This document shows positions 20,635 through 30,863 of a DNA stretch of 64,000 nucleotides, one piece after another. Source of the stretch: an uncultured Rhodospirillaceae bacterium (GTDB taxonomy: Bacteria > Pseudomonadota > Alphaproteobacteria > Rhodospirillales > UBA2165); contig CAZNLR010000020.1 in assembly GCA_964574215.1 (NCBI GenBank), positions 2,466 through 66,465 of the forward strand, given 5' to 3'. The stretch's first letter is position 1. Every line of letters starts with the position of its first letter. The position numbers and the translations under genes are program-made. A model generated the notes under the pieces. The model worked only from the letters and a program-made list of their open reading frames with translations. It made no database searches and was not told the DNA's origin.

Positions 20635-21843
20635 TTGGAAATTAAAGAGACAATGAGCCAGGAATTCCTAAAAAGCGAGCGCATAAGAGTGCTTGTGAAC
20701 GGTATCCACGCCAAAAGCGGCGGCGGCGTCACGTATCTGCGCAACATTCTCCCAATTCTGTCTGAGGATACGGAATTGGAAATCCATCTTTTCATTCATC
20801 GCGATCAATTCGAATTATTCGGTACAATTGACGAGAAAATTCGCGTCCATCTTTTGAATTTTCCAAATGGATTTTTTACAAATTTGCTCTGGGAGCAAAT
20901 CGCCTTACCTGTTTTGGCTAAAGTTATGACAGTGGATGTAACCGTTTCGCCGGCTAACTATGGGCCATTAGCCGCGCCGGCCCAAATTATCATGCTGCGA
21001 AATTCACTAGCCGTTGTGGGAAAGGAAACAAGACCGATCAAACGGCTCTATTGGGCCGGTCTTACCATTATGACGGCATTGTCACTTTTGACGTGTCGAC
21101 GCGCAATCGCCGTTTCCGGTTACGCTCGAAAAGCTTTGACCTTCGGACTCGGTCAAAAGCTGTTTAAGAAGGTTACCGTTATCCATCATGGTGTCCGAGA
21201 TTCTTTTTGTCCCAACGATCAGGAGCAACGAGAGAGCTATCTTCTGGCGGTCTCTGATATATACGTGCAAAAAAATCTCCACACTTTGATCCAGGCATTG
21301 GCAATGGTGAGGAAGGTCTATCCGAATATTCTTCTCAAGGTCGCTGGAAAAGCAATCGATCAAGGTTATTTGCAGGAGCTCCATAACGCGATTCATGTTT
21401 ATGATATGAAAGATACAATAGAGTTCATCGGTGAAAAATCGGCCGAAGAACTTCTCACATTGTATCGGCAATGCAAAATTTTTGTTTTTCCGTCGACCGT
21501 CGAAACTTTTGGCAATCCGTTAGTAGAAGCCATGGCCTGCGGTGCACCTATCCTCAGCTCCAACACAGCAGCAATGCCAGAGATATTGGGAGACGCCGCG
21601 CAATTTTTTGATCCCTTGGATGCGAAAGACATGGCAGAAAGTATTATCAATATTCTAGGCGATGACGAATTGCAGAAAGAATTGAATAAGAAAGCATTGG
21701 CGAGAGCTAAGAATTTTTCCTGGCGCTTAACGGCTGAGAAGACTGCAATAGTAATAAAAAACGTGGTGCCAGATAGATATTCGAGCATTTCTACATCCCT
21801 GGACAGTTCCTCAAATCAGGCTTCCGAGCAGACGACATCGTGA
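20635..21843 (+). CDS. Glycosyltransferase family 4 (GT-B, GT1-type C-domain)
   Basis: IFVFPSTVETFGNPLVEAMACGAPILSS (E-x7-E region). An alternative start at ATG 20653 (MSQEF...) is possible. Confidence 0.85.
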   Translation: MEIKETMSQEFLKSERIRVLVNGIHAKSGGGVTYLRNILPILSEDTELEIHLFIHRDQFELFGTIDEKIRVHLLNFPNGFFTNLLWEQIALPVLAKVMTVDVTVSPANYGPLAAPAQIIMLRNSLAVVGKETRPIKRLYWAGLTIMTALSLLTCRRAIAVSGYARKALTFGLGQKLFKKVTVIHHGVRDSFCPNDQEQRESYLLAVSDIYVQKNLHTLIQALAMVRKVYPNILLKVAGKAIDQGYLQELHNAIHVYDMKDTIEFIGEKSAEELLTLYRQCKIFVFPSTVETFGNPLVEAMACGAPILSSNTAAMPEILGDAAQFFDPLDAKDMAESIINILGDDELQKELNKKALARAKNFSWRLTAEKTAIVIKNVVPDRYSSISTSLDSSSNQASEQTTS

Positions 21844-22955
21844 AGACGAAGCTCCTTTACCTGGTCAGCCACCCAATACAGTACCAAGCGCCGCTACTGC
21901 GCCGTATAAACCAAGAGATCGAAATCGATCTAAAAGTCTTGTTCGAAGACGACTTCTCCGATGGTAGTTATAGGGATGCCGGATTCGGCGTAGACGTTGC
22001 GTGGGATGTGCCGCTTAGAGAGGGGTACAATAGCGCTTTGATCAGGGAGGTCGATGTCGATACAGCGGTTAAAGATTGCGATGCCGTGTGGATGCACGGA
22101 TGGGAGAGTGCCGTTTTCAGGAAAATTCTTACTAAAGCGTATGAAATTGGCAAGCCGGTTCTGATGCGGGGCGAAAATTGGGATGGCGCCATGCCCGATG
22201 GAAAGGGACCAAAATCCTGGCTCAGAAAGCGTTATCATAAAAACATATTTTCCAAATGCGCGGCCTTTTTGGCGATTGGTTCATTAAATCGGCAGTACTA
22301 TTTAAAGCGCGACGTGGCCGACGAAAAAATTTTTATGACCCCGTACGCAGTGGACAATGATTTTTTTGCAAAAGGGGCGAACACCGAGGCGATATTTGAA
22401 CTCAAAAATTCTATTGGTCTAACGCCGGAACAGAAAATAATTTTGTTTGCCGGGAAACAAACGAGACGAAAAAGGCCGGACATCCTCTTAGAGGCCTGGA
22501 AGCAAGCAAATTGGCGGGACGATGAAACGCCAATTTTAGTATTTGCAGGCGATGGCGAGATGCGGCAGGACCTGGAAAACAACTCTCAAGAGGGTGTCCG
22601 ATTTATCGGATTCAGAAATCAAACGGAGTTGCCGGCCGTTTACGGGGCGGCGGATGTTTTTGTACTGGTCTCAGAAAAAGAACCTTGGGGCTTAGCTGTC
22701 AATGAGGCCATGGCGTCCGGGACCGCCGTTATCGCATCTGATCAATGTGGTGTCGCTGCCGATTTGATAGATGAATCAACCGGCGCCGTCGTGAAAGCAG
22801 GCGAGGTAAGTGCCTTAGCACAAGTTTTGCCTCAAGTTTTATCAAATGCAGAACAGATGGGGGCGGTGGCACAGCGGAGAATTTCCGGATGGAATTTTGA
22901 TGCGGATATTTCAGGATTGAAGGCGGCACTTTCTTTCGTTGCAGGACACGGATGA
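21840..22955 (+). CDS. Glycosyltransferase (GT-B, family 1/4-like)
   Basis: GTG start overlapping the upstream stop (GTGA). VFVLVSEKEPWGLAVNEAMASGTAVIAS motif. Confidence 0.8.
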   Translation: MKTKLLYLVSHPIQYQAPLLRRINQEIEIDLKVLFEDDFSDGSYRDAGFGVDVAWDVPLREGYNSALIREVDVDTAVKDCDAVWMHGWESAVFRKILTKAYEIGKPVLMRGENWDGAMPDGKGPKSWLRKRYHKNIFSKCAAFLAIGSLNRQYYLKRDVADEKIFMTPYAVDNDFFAKGANTEAIFELKNSIGLTPEQKIILFAGKQTRRKRPDILLEAWKQANWRDDETPILVFAGDGEMRQDLENNSQEGVRFIGFRNQTELPAVYGAADVFVLVSEKEPWGLAVNEAMASGTAVIASDQCGVAADLIDESTGAVVKAGEVSALAQVLPQVLSNAEQMGAVAQRRISGWNFDADISGLKAALSFVAGHG

Positions 22956-24013
22956 TGTCCGATTATAAAATTCTCTTCGTTGGGCAAACCGTGCCGGGTT
23001 CCAGAACCTTGCAGCGTATCGATACGCTTAGAAAATTAAGGTGCCAGGTCGACGTGGTATCTACGAACCCACCAGGCGCACGTTACGAGGATCGCCCCAC
23101 TTTGATCTCAAGAATTCGGCATCGCTTGCGATTCCCAGCCGATAAAGCGGAAGCGAACCGGAAAACACTTGATCTTGCGCGAGATCAAGTATTTGATTTT
23201 TTGTGGTTGGAAAGAGCCGTCGAAATCAATGCAAATACTCTAAAAAAGATAAAAAAGCTTCAGCCGAAAATGGTCATAATTTGGTATGCCGAAGATGACA
23301 TGATGAACCCCCGACATTTGTCCCGTCAGGTGGAAGCTGCTTTGCCGATTTACGATTTATGGGTGACGACCAAATCCTTTAACGCAGATCCCTCAGAAAT
23401 GCCCAGCCGTGGCGTTCGGAATATCTTATTCGCCAACAATTCTTATGATTCGGAGCTGCATTGTCCGGCTACGTTGGACAGCACCAACCGAGCCAAATTT
23501 GGCTCAGATGTCAGCTTTGTCGGAACCTATGAGGAATACAGAGCTGACAGCATCATACATTTGGCGGAAAACGGTATTCAAGTCCGTGTTTGGGGTAATG
23601 GTTGGGGCAGTTTGATTGATAAGCATCCATCTTTGACGATCGAAGGTCAGCCAGTATACGGCACTGATTATGGCAAAGTCGTTTGCGCCAGTAAAATTAA
23701 TCTCTGTTTTCTGCGTAAAGCAAACCGAGACTTGCAGACTTGTCGGTCTATGGAAATACCGGCTTTTGGCGGGTTTATGCTGCACGAAAGGAACGATGAA
23801 ATCTGCGGAATTTTTGAAGAAAATGTTGATGTCGCATATTTCGAAAGTGATCGAGAACTGTTAGACCAATGTAGAAAGTGGTTGTCTGACGAAAATGGAC
23901 GGGTCGGGATTGCCCAAACGGGTCGTGAGAAGGTTTTATCAGGTTCCTACAGCCATCAAGATTGTCTGAATGAAATTTTATCCGCTGCGGCTAAGTTGAA
24001 ATCTGAATGGTGA
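22952..24013 (+). CDS. CgeB-family/DUF3880-like glycosyltransferase-related protein
   Basis: ATGA overlap with the upstream gene. VSFVGTY...INLCFLRKANRDLQTCRSMEIPAFGGFML resembles CgeB-type proteins of polysaccharide loci (recalled from memory). Confidence 0.55.
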   Translation: MMSDYKILFVGQTVPGSRTLQRIDTLRKLRCQVDVVSTNPPGARYEDRPTLISRIRHRLRFPADKAEANRKTLDLARDQVFDFLWLERAVEINANTLKKIKKLQPKMVIIWYAEDDMMNPRHLSRQVEAALPIYDLWVTTKSFNADPSEMPSRGVRNILFANNSYDSELHCPATLDSTNRAKFGSDVSFVGTYEEYRADSIIHLAENGIQVRVWGNGWGSLIDKHPSLTIEGQPVYGTDYGKVVCASKINLCFLRKANRDLQTCRSMEIPAFGGFMLHERNDEICGIFEENVDVAYFESDRELLDQCRKWLSDENGRVGIAQTGREKVLSGSYSHQDCLNEILSAAAKLKSEW

Positions 24014-24020
24014 ACGTATC

Positions 24021-25148
24021 ATGAGAGTGTTGGTCAACGCGCTATCCGCCAGAAAGGGCGGCATTGTTACTTATACCAACAATCTGCTGACCGCTTTCGA
24101 AGAGCGCGGTGTAGACGTTACCGTGGCCGTTTCAGAGGAATTCGAAACGACTGACCGGCCATCGGTGCGTCGCCTAAACATATCGGGATATTCGGCGATC
24201 AAGCGTCTGCTGTGGGAACAGTCCGCCTGGCGTCAGATCGTAAAAAAACATAACCCCGATGTATTGTTTTCATCGGCGAATTTTGGGCTATTGAATTGCC
24301 CAGTTAAACAAATTCTCTTGTTACGGGAAGGTGGATTGTTCGATCCATTTTACCTGGCGAACATGACGGCGCCGCAAGGACTTTGGAATGCCGTAAACAG
24401 GTATTTTCGCCGCAACCTGATGTTGATGTCGGCAATGACAGCGGATCAAATTATTACACCCACCGTGGCCATGCGTGACATGGTGGCGAGGTGGCGGCCC
24501 AAGATTGCCGACAAATGCGCGGTAAATCCGTATGGGACCATCAATCAAGCATTCAAGCCAGATAACAACGAAAGAAAATGGCGCGAAGACGGCGTACTCA
24601 GATTATTGTACGTATCCGTCTACTATCCGCATAAAGTTCCCAGTTTGGTTTGCCAAGCCGTTGACCAATTGAATGATATGGGCATCAAGGCCCATGCGAC
24701 CATAACTATGTCGTTGGACGAATTTGGTGAGATAAAGGGAAGTGCTTTAGATTCGGCAATCGTCCGAGACGCTAATCGACGCGGGATAGTTTCTCTTGGG
24801 CACCACGATTATAAGGATTTGCCCGCGTTATATCGATCCCACGACGTGTTTGTGTTCCCTTCGGTATCCGAGACTTTCGGGCATCCCATGGCGGAGGCTA
24901 TGAGTTCGGCTATGCCGGTTGTGGTTTCGGATACGCCTGTTAATAGGGAAATTTGCGGGGAAGCCGCACTTTATTTTAAGCCGTTTATTGTATCGGAACT
25001 GACTGACCGTTTGATGAAATTTGAACGAGACCCGACGCTACGGGAACGATTGCCCAAACTGGGGCGAGAACGAGCCGTAACCCGTTTCGACTGGGACGGG
25101 CACGTTGAACGGTTGATAGAAACCATGGAAAGGGTGGCGGCGAATTAA
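24021..25148 (+). CDS. Glycosyltransferase family 4
   Basis: VFVFPSVSETFGHPMAEAMSSAMPVVVSD (E-x7-E region). Confidence 0.85.
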   Translation: MRVLVNALSARKGGIVTYTNNLLTAFEERGVDVTVAVSEEFETTDRPSVRRLNISGYSAIKRLLWEQSAWRQIVKKHNPDVLFSSANFGLLNCPVKQILLLREGGLFDPFYLANMTAPQGLWNAVNRYFRRNLMLMSAMTADQIITPTVAMRDMVARWRPKIADKCAVNPYGTINQAFKPDNNERKWREDGVLRLLYVSVYYPHKVPSLVCQAVDQLNDMGIKAHATITMSLDEFGEIKGSALDSAIVRDANRRGIVSLGHHDYKDLPALYRSHDVFVFPSVSETFGHPMAEAMSSAMPVVVSDTPVNREICGEAALYFKPFIVSELTDRLMKFERDPTLRERLPKLGRERAVTRFDWDGHVERLIETMERVAAN

Positions 25149-25159
25149 GCCGAAAATCG

Positions 25160-26389
25160 ATGGCGAATTTCGATGCCAAAGAATTAAAAATTGGTGGGGC
25201 CTTCTTGGCTTCGGGTCAGGCTGTTCAAGCCTTCATCGCTTTCGGCGTCAATCTCGTTTTGGTCAGGTTTCTGGCGCCGGAGGATTTTGGCCGTTTCGCT
25301 CTTGTATTGGCGGGTGCGACGGTCGTCTATTCAATTTTCTCTCTCCGCATCAATGTTTTGGTAATCCGAGAAGATAACGACAAACTGGATGCCGCCGCCG
25401 AAGAGCGTTACATGTCGGCGCTTGGCTGGGAGACGATCTTTTCAACGCTGCTGATTTTTACATGGATATTGATATCAGGTGATATCGGAAATTGGGAAGT
25501 CGGCTTGATAATGGCGATTGGCGTCCGCCACTGGACTGACAATAACAAAGCGGTATTCGAACGGCGCATGCCGTATCGACAACTCGCAGCGATTGAAACA
25601 GCAACGGCAACGGCTAGCCACGTGTTAGCGCTCGTCCTGGTGATCGGCGGCATGGGCTGGAAGGTGTTGTTCATTCGGGAGATTTTTCTCTCAGCGGCAC
25701 TTTTTGCGGCTTTTGCATTTACCGGTGGTCTCACCTTCCGGCGGTTTCGGCTGTTGGGGATTGGTGAATGGAAAGATTTGGCACGGGATGCGCGCGGCGT
25801 TTGGTTGGATGCCGTACTGGAAGGCAGTTTTCAGCGGGTCACGATTCTGCTTGCCGGCCTCATTGGCGGTGAACGCATAGCTGGTTTCTTTTTTCAGGCT
25901 CAAAGGCTGGCAATTGTGCCCAATCAGTTTTTAGTGCCGATCGTTTCGCGTATTGCCGGCAACTGGTTTGTCCGTGTGGAGGACCGGTCCAAGCGTATCG
26001 CCGGAAGAGATCGTTTACTGCTCAATATTTTCATACCTTTATTGATTGGCGGCATATTGACCTATTTATTTGCCGATCCGGTAGTGCCCTGGCTGTTCGG
26101 TGAAAAATGGCGTATGTCGGCTGAATTATTCAGGATGATGGCCGGCTTGGTTGTGTTTCAATCTTTGTTTGAGACCGTCAAAGCTTACTGTTGGGTTGTG
26201 AAGCAAACCAGATGGTTGTTGATCGGACGCGTGTTTCAATATGGCGGTTTGTTAACATGTTTCTTGTTAGGTGTGACTGGTGCAATGGAAGCCGCCGTGG
26301 CCTTGTCCTTGGGTTTGTCAGTGGCTTATAGCCTGGCATTTTTGGTGGTCTACACTATTTTACGGTTTACCGAGAGGGATCAAGCGTGA
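25160..26389 (+). CDS. Oligosaccharide flippase (Wzx/polysaccharide biosynthesis protein family)
   Basis: 409 aa with about 10-12 TM segments, in the position and with the architecture typical of Wzx. Confidence 0.7.
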   Translation: MANFDAKELKIGGAFLASGQAVQAFIAFGVNLVLVRFLAPEDFGRFALVLAGATVVYSIFSLRINVLVIREDNDKLDAAAEERYMSALGWETIFSTLLIFTWILISGDIGNWEVGLIMAIGVRHWTDNNKAVFERRMPYRQLAAIETATATASHVLALVLVIGGMGWKVLFIREIFLSAALFAAFAFTGGLTFRRFRLLGIGEWKDLARDARGVWLDAVLEGSFQRVTILLAGLIGGERIAGFFFQAQRLAIVPNQFLVPIVSRIAGNWFVRVEDRSKRIAGRDRLLLNIFIPLLIGGILTYLFADPVVPWLFGEKWRMSAELFRMMAGLVVFQSLFETVKAYCWVVKQTRWLLIGRVFQYGGLLTCFLLGVTGAMEAAVALSLGLSVAYSLAFLVVYTILRFTERDQA

Positions 26390-27528
26390 AAGTTTCCGTC
26401 TCTGTTCACGGGCGCTGGCACGCGTTTGATCTAGCTGCCGGTCTTTTCAGACGCGGATTATTTTCGCAATTGACAACGACCTATCCCCGGATGATTGCCC
26501 GGCGATTTGTGCCGGACGATATGCGGATAATATCAGCGCCGTTATTGGAATTTCGGCGTCGGCTCTACGATCGATTCAAACTGGGACAAAAACCGGATTT
26601 GCCGGTCGCAGAATCTTTTGGACGATTTACAGCACGGCATTTGGAAGACCAGTCCGATGTTTTGGTGGGATGGAGTTCAGCGACTTTAGAAGCCATTGAT
26701 ATCGCTCGTTCTATGGGCAAAAAAATAGTCATCGAACGAGGGTCGAGTCATATCGTCCATCAGAAGAAAGTGCTTGGCGAGGTTTACGAAAAGCTCGCGA
26801 TGAAATTTTCCGGCCCCGATCCCGGTATCGTTGAGCGGGAAATCGAGGAGTACAGACTGGCCGACGCCATTGCCGTACCGACCAAATTTGCGGCGGATAC
26901 TTTTGAACTCAATGGGGTCGAGCGTAGCAAATTATTCATTAACCCGTACGGCGTCGATCTTACCAAGTTCAATCCGGGCCAAACAACGGGCAAATCCGGG
27001 AAGCCCCAAATTGTATTTGTCGGCGGCGTCGGTGCCCGCAAGGGGGTTCCTCATTTGCTGAATGCCTTCAAGTCCCTCGCCGCAGACGCCGAACTACATT
27101 TGGTTGGTCCGGTGGAAACGGGGCTTGAAAGCGCGCTCGCCAACATCAATGCCGGGTCAAATATCAAAATCCATGGTCCGGTAGCGTCTAACAGTATCCC
27201 GGATATATTAAATTCGGCAGATATATTTTGCCTGCCGTCCTTGGAAGAAGGATTTCCGCTCTCCATGTTGCAAGCCATGTCGTCGGGTTTACCGGTTGTG
27301 ACTACAAAGGAAGCCGGTGCGGAAGATATTTTATCTGATGGGGAGGAAGGCAAAATTGTCCCCGCCGGCGACGAAGAGGCGTTAGCTGATGCTTTGGCCT
27401 TACTAATCAGCGACCAAGACCTCAGGATATCGATGGGGCAAGCAGCCCGGGCGCGGGTGGAAAACGGGTACTCCTGGGACGATTACATAGAGCGGTCGAT
27501 CGACGCCTATGAAAAACTCACGACCTAA
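26386..27528 (+). CDS. Glycosyltransferase family 4
   Basis: GTGA overlap with wzx. IFCLPSLEEGFPLSMLQAMSSGLPVVTT motif. Confidence 0.85.
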   Translation: MKVSVSVHGRWHAFDLAAGLFRRGLFSQLTTTYPRMIARRFVPDDMRIISAPLLEFRRRLYDRFKLGQKPDLPVAESFGRFTARHLEDQSDVLVGWSSATLEAIDIARSMGKKIVIERGSSHIVHQKKVLGEVYEKLAMKFSGPDPGIVEREIEEYRLADAIAVPTKFAADTFELNGVERSKLFINPYGVDLTKFNPGQTTGKSGKPQIVFVGGVGARKGVPHLLNAFKSLAADAELHLVGPVETGLESALANINAGSNIKIHGPVASNSIPDILNSADIFCLPSLEEGFPLSMLQAMSSGLPVVTTKEAGAEDILSDGEEGKIVPAGDEEALADALALLISDQDLRISMGQAARARVENGYSWDDYIERSIDAYEKLTT

Positions 27529-27530
27529 CC

Positions 27531-28502
27531 TTACAGTTTATTAGCCTGATACCATTGATAAGTCGTTTTAAGACCGTCCTTCAGGCCGATGGAAGAGCGC
27601 CAACCAAGTTCTTTCATACGGGTAGCATCCAGGAGCTTTCGGGGCGAACCGTCTGGTTTGGAGCCATCGAATATAAGCTTCCCTTGGTAGCCCACGGTTT
27701 CCACGACCAAATTGGCAAGTTCATTAATGCTGACTTCTTCGCCGGTTCCCATATTCATATGGATCGGGCCCGAATAGAGTTTAATCAGATGAACCAAAGA
27801 ATCGGCGCAATCGTCAACATGAAGAAATTCGCGGAACACCTTGCCGGTCCCCCAAATCTCTAATTTCGGCTGATTTTCGAGCTTAGCGGTGTGCGCCCGG
27901 GCCATTAAGGCCGGAATAACATGGCCTGACTGCACATCGAAATTATCGCCAGGACCATAAAGATTACTAGGTTGGGCGGATATGAAATCACAACCGTATT
28001 GCTGTCGGTATGCTTCGCACATTTTAATGCCGGCGATCTTGGCGATGGCATACCATTCATTGGTTGGTTCCAAAGGACCGGTTAGAAGGGCCTCTTCCGC
28101 CATGGGCTGCGCCGCTTCGCGAGGATAGATACAGGCCGAGCCCAGGAATAATAGTTTTTCCACTTGGTTTTCATATGCCGCATGGATGACGTTGGTTTCA
28201 ATGGCAATATTGTCGTAAATAAACTCCGCCGGCCGGGTCGAATTGGCGAGAATACCGCCTACCGTGGCAGCGGCGATCACCACCACATCAGGCTTGTTGT
28301 CGGCTATCCAATCATTGACGGCACCCTGGTCGCGCAGGTCAAGGTTGGCGTGGGGAACGCCCAGAATTTCACAATCTTCGGAGTCGAGGCGGCGTACAAC
28401 TGCCGAGCCCACCATCCCCGTATGGCCGGTCACCCAGATTTTCTTTCCCTTTAAGACGTAGGGCGTCTCCAGTTTGCCTTCCATGGCGGCGGTCATCTCC
28501 AC
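27531..28502 (-). CDS. fcl: GDP-L-fucose synthase (GDP-4-keto-6-deoxymannose 3,5-epimerase/4-reductase)
   Basis: VTGHTGMVGSA Rossmann motif, YAIAK catalytic Y-x3-K, NLYGPGDNF signature. Confidence 0.9.
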   Translation of the reverse strand: MEMTAAMEGKLETPYVLKGKKIWVTGHTGMVGSAVVRRLDSEDCEILGVPHANLDLRDQGAVNDWIADNKPDVVVIAAATVGGILANSTRPAEFIYDNIAIETNVIHAAYENQVEKLLFLGSACIYPREAAQPMAEEALLTGPLEPTNEWYAIAKIAGIKMCEAYRQQYGCDFISAQPSNLYGPGDNFDVQSGHVIPALMARAHTAKLENQPKLEIWGTGKVFREFLHVDDCADSLVHLIKLYSGPIHMNMGTGEEVSINELANLVVETVGYQGKLIFDGSKPDGSPRKLLDATRMKELGWRSSIGLKDGLKTTYQWYQANKL

Positions 28503-29740
28503 ATACCCCTGGTGTCGATGATTTTCATTTCCTTTAGATCATCCGATTTCAATGCTTTGAACTCTTTGTGATCTGTCAGCACCACAATCAACCCTGCCGT
28601 CTTGATCGCTTCATCTAATCCGCATAGCTCAATATTTCCGCTATCGGCCAGTTTATCCGGCAGGGATTCGATGTTCGGTTCAACGGCAAGTACTTTACCC
28701 TCAAACCTCTGGGCCAGACCCAGGACGATACCCACGGCCGGGCTCTCGCGCAGATCGTCGATATCCGCTTTGTAGGCTAATCCTAAGCAGGCAATGGCGC
28801 CGCACCCGGCTTCCACAGCGGAGGCGTAGGCCCGGTCGATTACCCAATTCGGTTTACCGTCGTTGACTTGGCGGGCGGTCTGTATCAGCGGAGTGACTTC
28901 CGGCGCCGAGTCGGCGATGAACCAGGGGTCGACGGCGATGCAATGGCCGCCGACACCGGGACCGGGCTGCAATATGTCGACCCTGGGATGAAGATTTGCC
29001 AGTTCGATCATTTCCCAGACATCGATATCAAGCTGGTCGCAAACCAGCGACATCTCGTTGGCGAAGGCGATGTTGGTATCCCGGTAGGCGTTTTCGGCAA
29101 GTTTCACCAGTTCCGCCGTTCTGGCCGACGTCAGGCGGCAGTTGCCGTTGACAAACAGGCCATAGAAATCGGCGGCCCGCCGGCTGCATTTGTCGGTCAA
29201 CCCGCCGATCACCCTGTCGTTACCCACCAGTTCGATGAGGACCCGGCCCGGAAGAACGCGCTCGGGGCTGTGGGCGATTTGTATATCCGCCTGTACGCCG
29301 TGCCGGCTGGGAAACTTTAAATCGGACCGTCCGGCAGCCAGCCAGGATTCCAATTTCTCGGTGGCGCCCACGGGCGACGTAGATTCCAGAACAACCAGAT
29401 TGCCCGCTTGCAACACTGGCGCCAAGGCGGCGGCCGCGCTTTCCAGATAGCTGAGGTCGGGCTTATAGGCGGCGGTAAACGGCGTTGGGACGGCAATGAC
29501 AAAAACATCTGCTGTTTCCGGTTCGGTGACGGCTTTGAGGTTCCCCGTGGCGATGGCGCTTCGCACCAGGATATCAAGGTCCGGTTCCACCAGCGGAATT
29601 TCCCCCGCATTGATCAGATCGACATTGGCTTGGTTGGTGTCAACGCCGATAACCTCGATGCCCCGGTTGGCGATCACCGCCGCTGTGGGCAACCCCACAT
29701 AGCCGAGACCGATGACCGATATCCGTTTAAACTCCGACAC
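28493..29740 (-). CDS. wecC: UDP-N-acetyl-D-mannosamine dehydrogenase
   Basis: ISVIGLGYVGLPTA NAD-binding motif and GPGVGGHCIAVDPWF catalytic-Cys motif of the UDP-sugar dehydrogenase family. It lies immediately downstream of wecB. Confidence 0.8.
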   Translation of the reverse strand: MSEFKRISVIGLGYVGLPTAAVIANRGIEVIGVDTNQANVDLINAGEIPLVEPDLDILVRSAIATGNLKAVTEPETADVFVIAVPTPFTAAYKPDLSYLESAAAALAPVLQAGNLVVLESTSPVGATEKLESWLAAGRSDLKFPSRHGVQADIQIAHSPERVLPGRVLIELVGNDRVIGGLTDKCSRRAADFYGLFVNGNCRLTSARTAELVKLAENAYRDTNIAFANEMSLVCDQLDIDVWEMIELANLHPRVDILQPGPGVGGHCIAVDPWFIADSAPEVTPLIQTARQVNDGKPNWVIDRAYASAVEAGCGAIACLGLAYKADIDDLRESPAVGIVLGLAQRFEGKVLAVEPNIESLPDKLADSGNIELCGLDEAIKTAGLIVVLTDHKEFKALKSDDLKEMKIIDTRGMWR

Positions 29741-29744
29741 TGTA

Positions 29745-30863
29745 TCAGGCCTCTTCCTTTAGTTTTTCAATTATCCGCCCGCTGGCTTGGCCGTCGCCGT
29801 AGGGATTATGAGCGCGGCTCATAGAGCTATACGCGTTTTCATCATCAAGCAAGCGTTGCCCTTCTCCGACTATTTTTTCCCGGTCGGTGCCGACCAGAAT
29901 GACGGTGCCGGCGTCCACCGCTTCGGGCCGTTCGGTTACTTCGCGCATAACCAAAACCGGCTTTCCGAGGCTGGGCGCTTCCTCCTGGATGCCGCCGGAA
30001 TCAGTGATGATGATATGGGATTTATTCATCAAATAGATAAAAGGCAGATAATCCAACGGTGGTAAGAGCTTGATCCGGGGGTTGCCGCCGAGCAGGCGGT
30101 TGACCGGTTCCTGCACGTTGGGATTGAGGTGAACCGGGTAAATGATTTCCACGTCGTCCCGTTCGCTGAGGGTTGCCAGGGCAGCGCAGATACTCTCAAA
30201 CCCATCGCCGAAATTCTCGCGGCGGTGACCGGTCACCAGGATAAATTTGGCGGCAGGTTTTAATTCCGGGAGGCCCGCCGCGGCCTGCAGCGCCAAGTCA
30301 GCATCCTGCTCCAGCGACTGCCGGATTTGCAGAAGGGCGTCGATCACCGTATTGCCGGTGACGACGATTCCCGCCTCGGGCGCGCCGCTAGACAGCAGAT
30401 TGTTTCTGGCCGTTTCGGTGGGCGCAAAATGCAGATCGCAAATGGTATCGGTGAGACGGCGGTTCATTTCTTCGGGCCAGGGGGCGTAAATATCGCCGGT
30501 GCGTAATCCGGCCTCCACATGACCGACGGGTATTTTTTGGTAAAAGGCGGCCAGGGAGGCGGCGAAGGTGGTGGTGGTGTCACCATGAACGAGCACCCGG
30601 TCCGGCGCGCATTTCTCCAGAACCGTCTGTAATCCTACCAGAGAGGCGGTGGTGATATGGGTGAGGCCCTGGTTGTCGGCCATGATATCCAGGTCGAAAT
30701 CGGGGGAGATGTCGAACAAGTCCAGCACCTGATCGAGCATGCCGCGATGCTGCGCCGTCACGCAGACCTGAGACTCGAATCCGCTATCGGATTCAAGGGC
30801 TTTGACCACGGGCGCCATCTTGATGGCTTCCGGGCGGGTGCCGAAGACGGATAGTATTTTCAT
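29745..30863 (-). CDS. wecB: UDP-N-acetylglucosamine 2-epimerase (non-hydrolysing)
   Basis: [20 protein letters not shown]-terminus, [28 protein letters not shown]. Confidence 0.9.
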   Translation of the reverse strand: MKILSVFGTRPEAIKMAPVVKALESDSGFESQVCVTAQHRGMLDQVLDLFDISPDFDLDIMADNQGLTHITTASLVGLQTVLEKCAPDRVLVHGDTTTTFAASLAAFYQKIPVGHVEAGLRTGDIYAPWPEEMNRRLTDTICDLHFAPTETARNNLLSSGAPEAGIVVTGNTVIDALLQIRQSLEQDADLALQAAAGLPELKPAAKFILVTGHRRENFGDGFESICAALATLSERDDVEIIYPVHLNPNVQEPVNRLLGGNPRIKLLPPLDYLPFIYLMNKSHIIITDSGGIQEEAPSLGKPVLVMREVTERPEAVDAGTVILVGTDREKIVGEGQRLLDDENAYSSMSRAHNPYGDGQASGRIIEKLKEEA

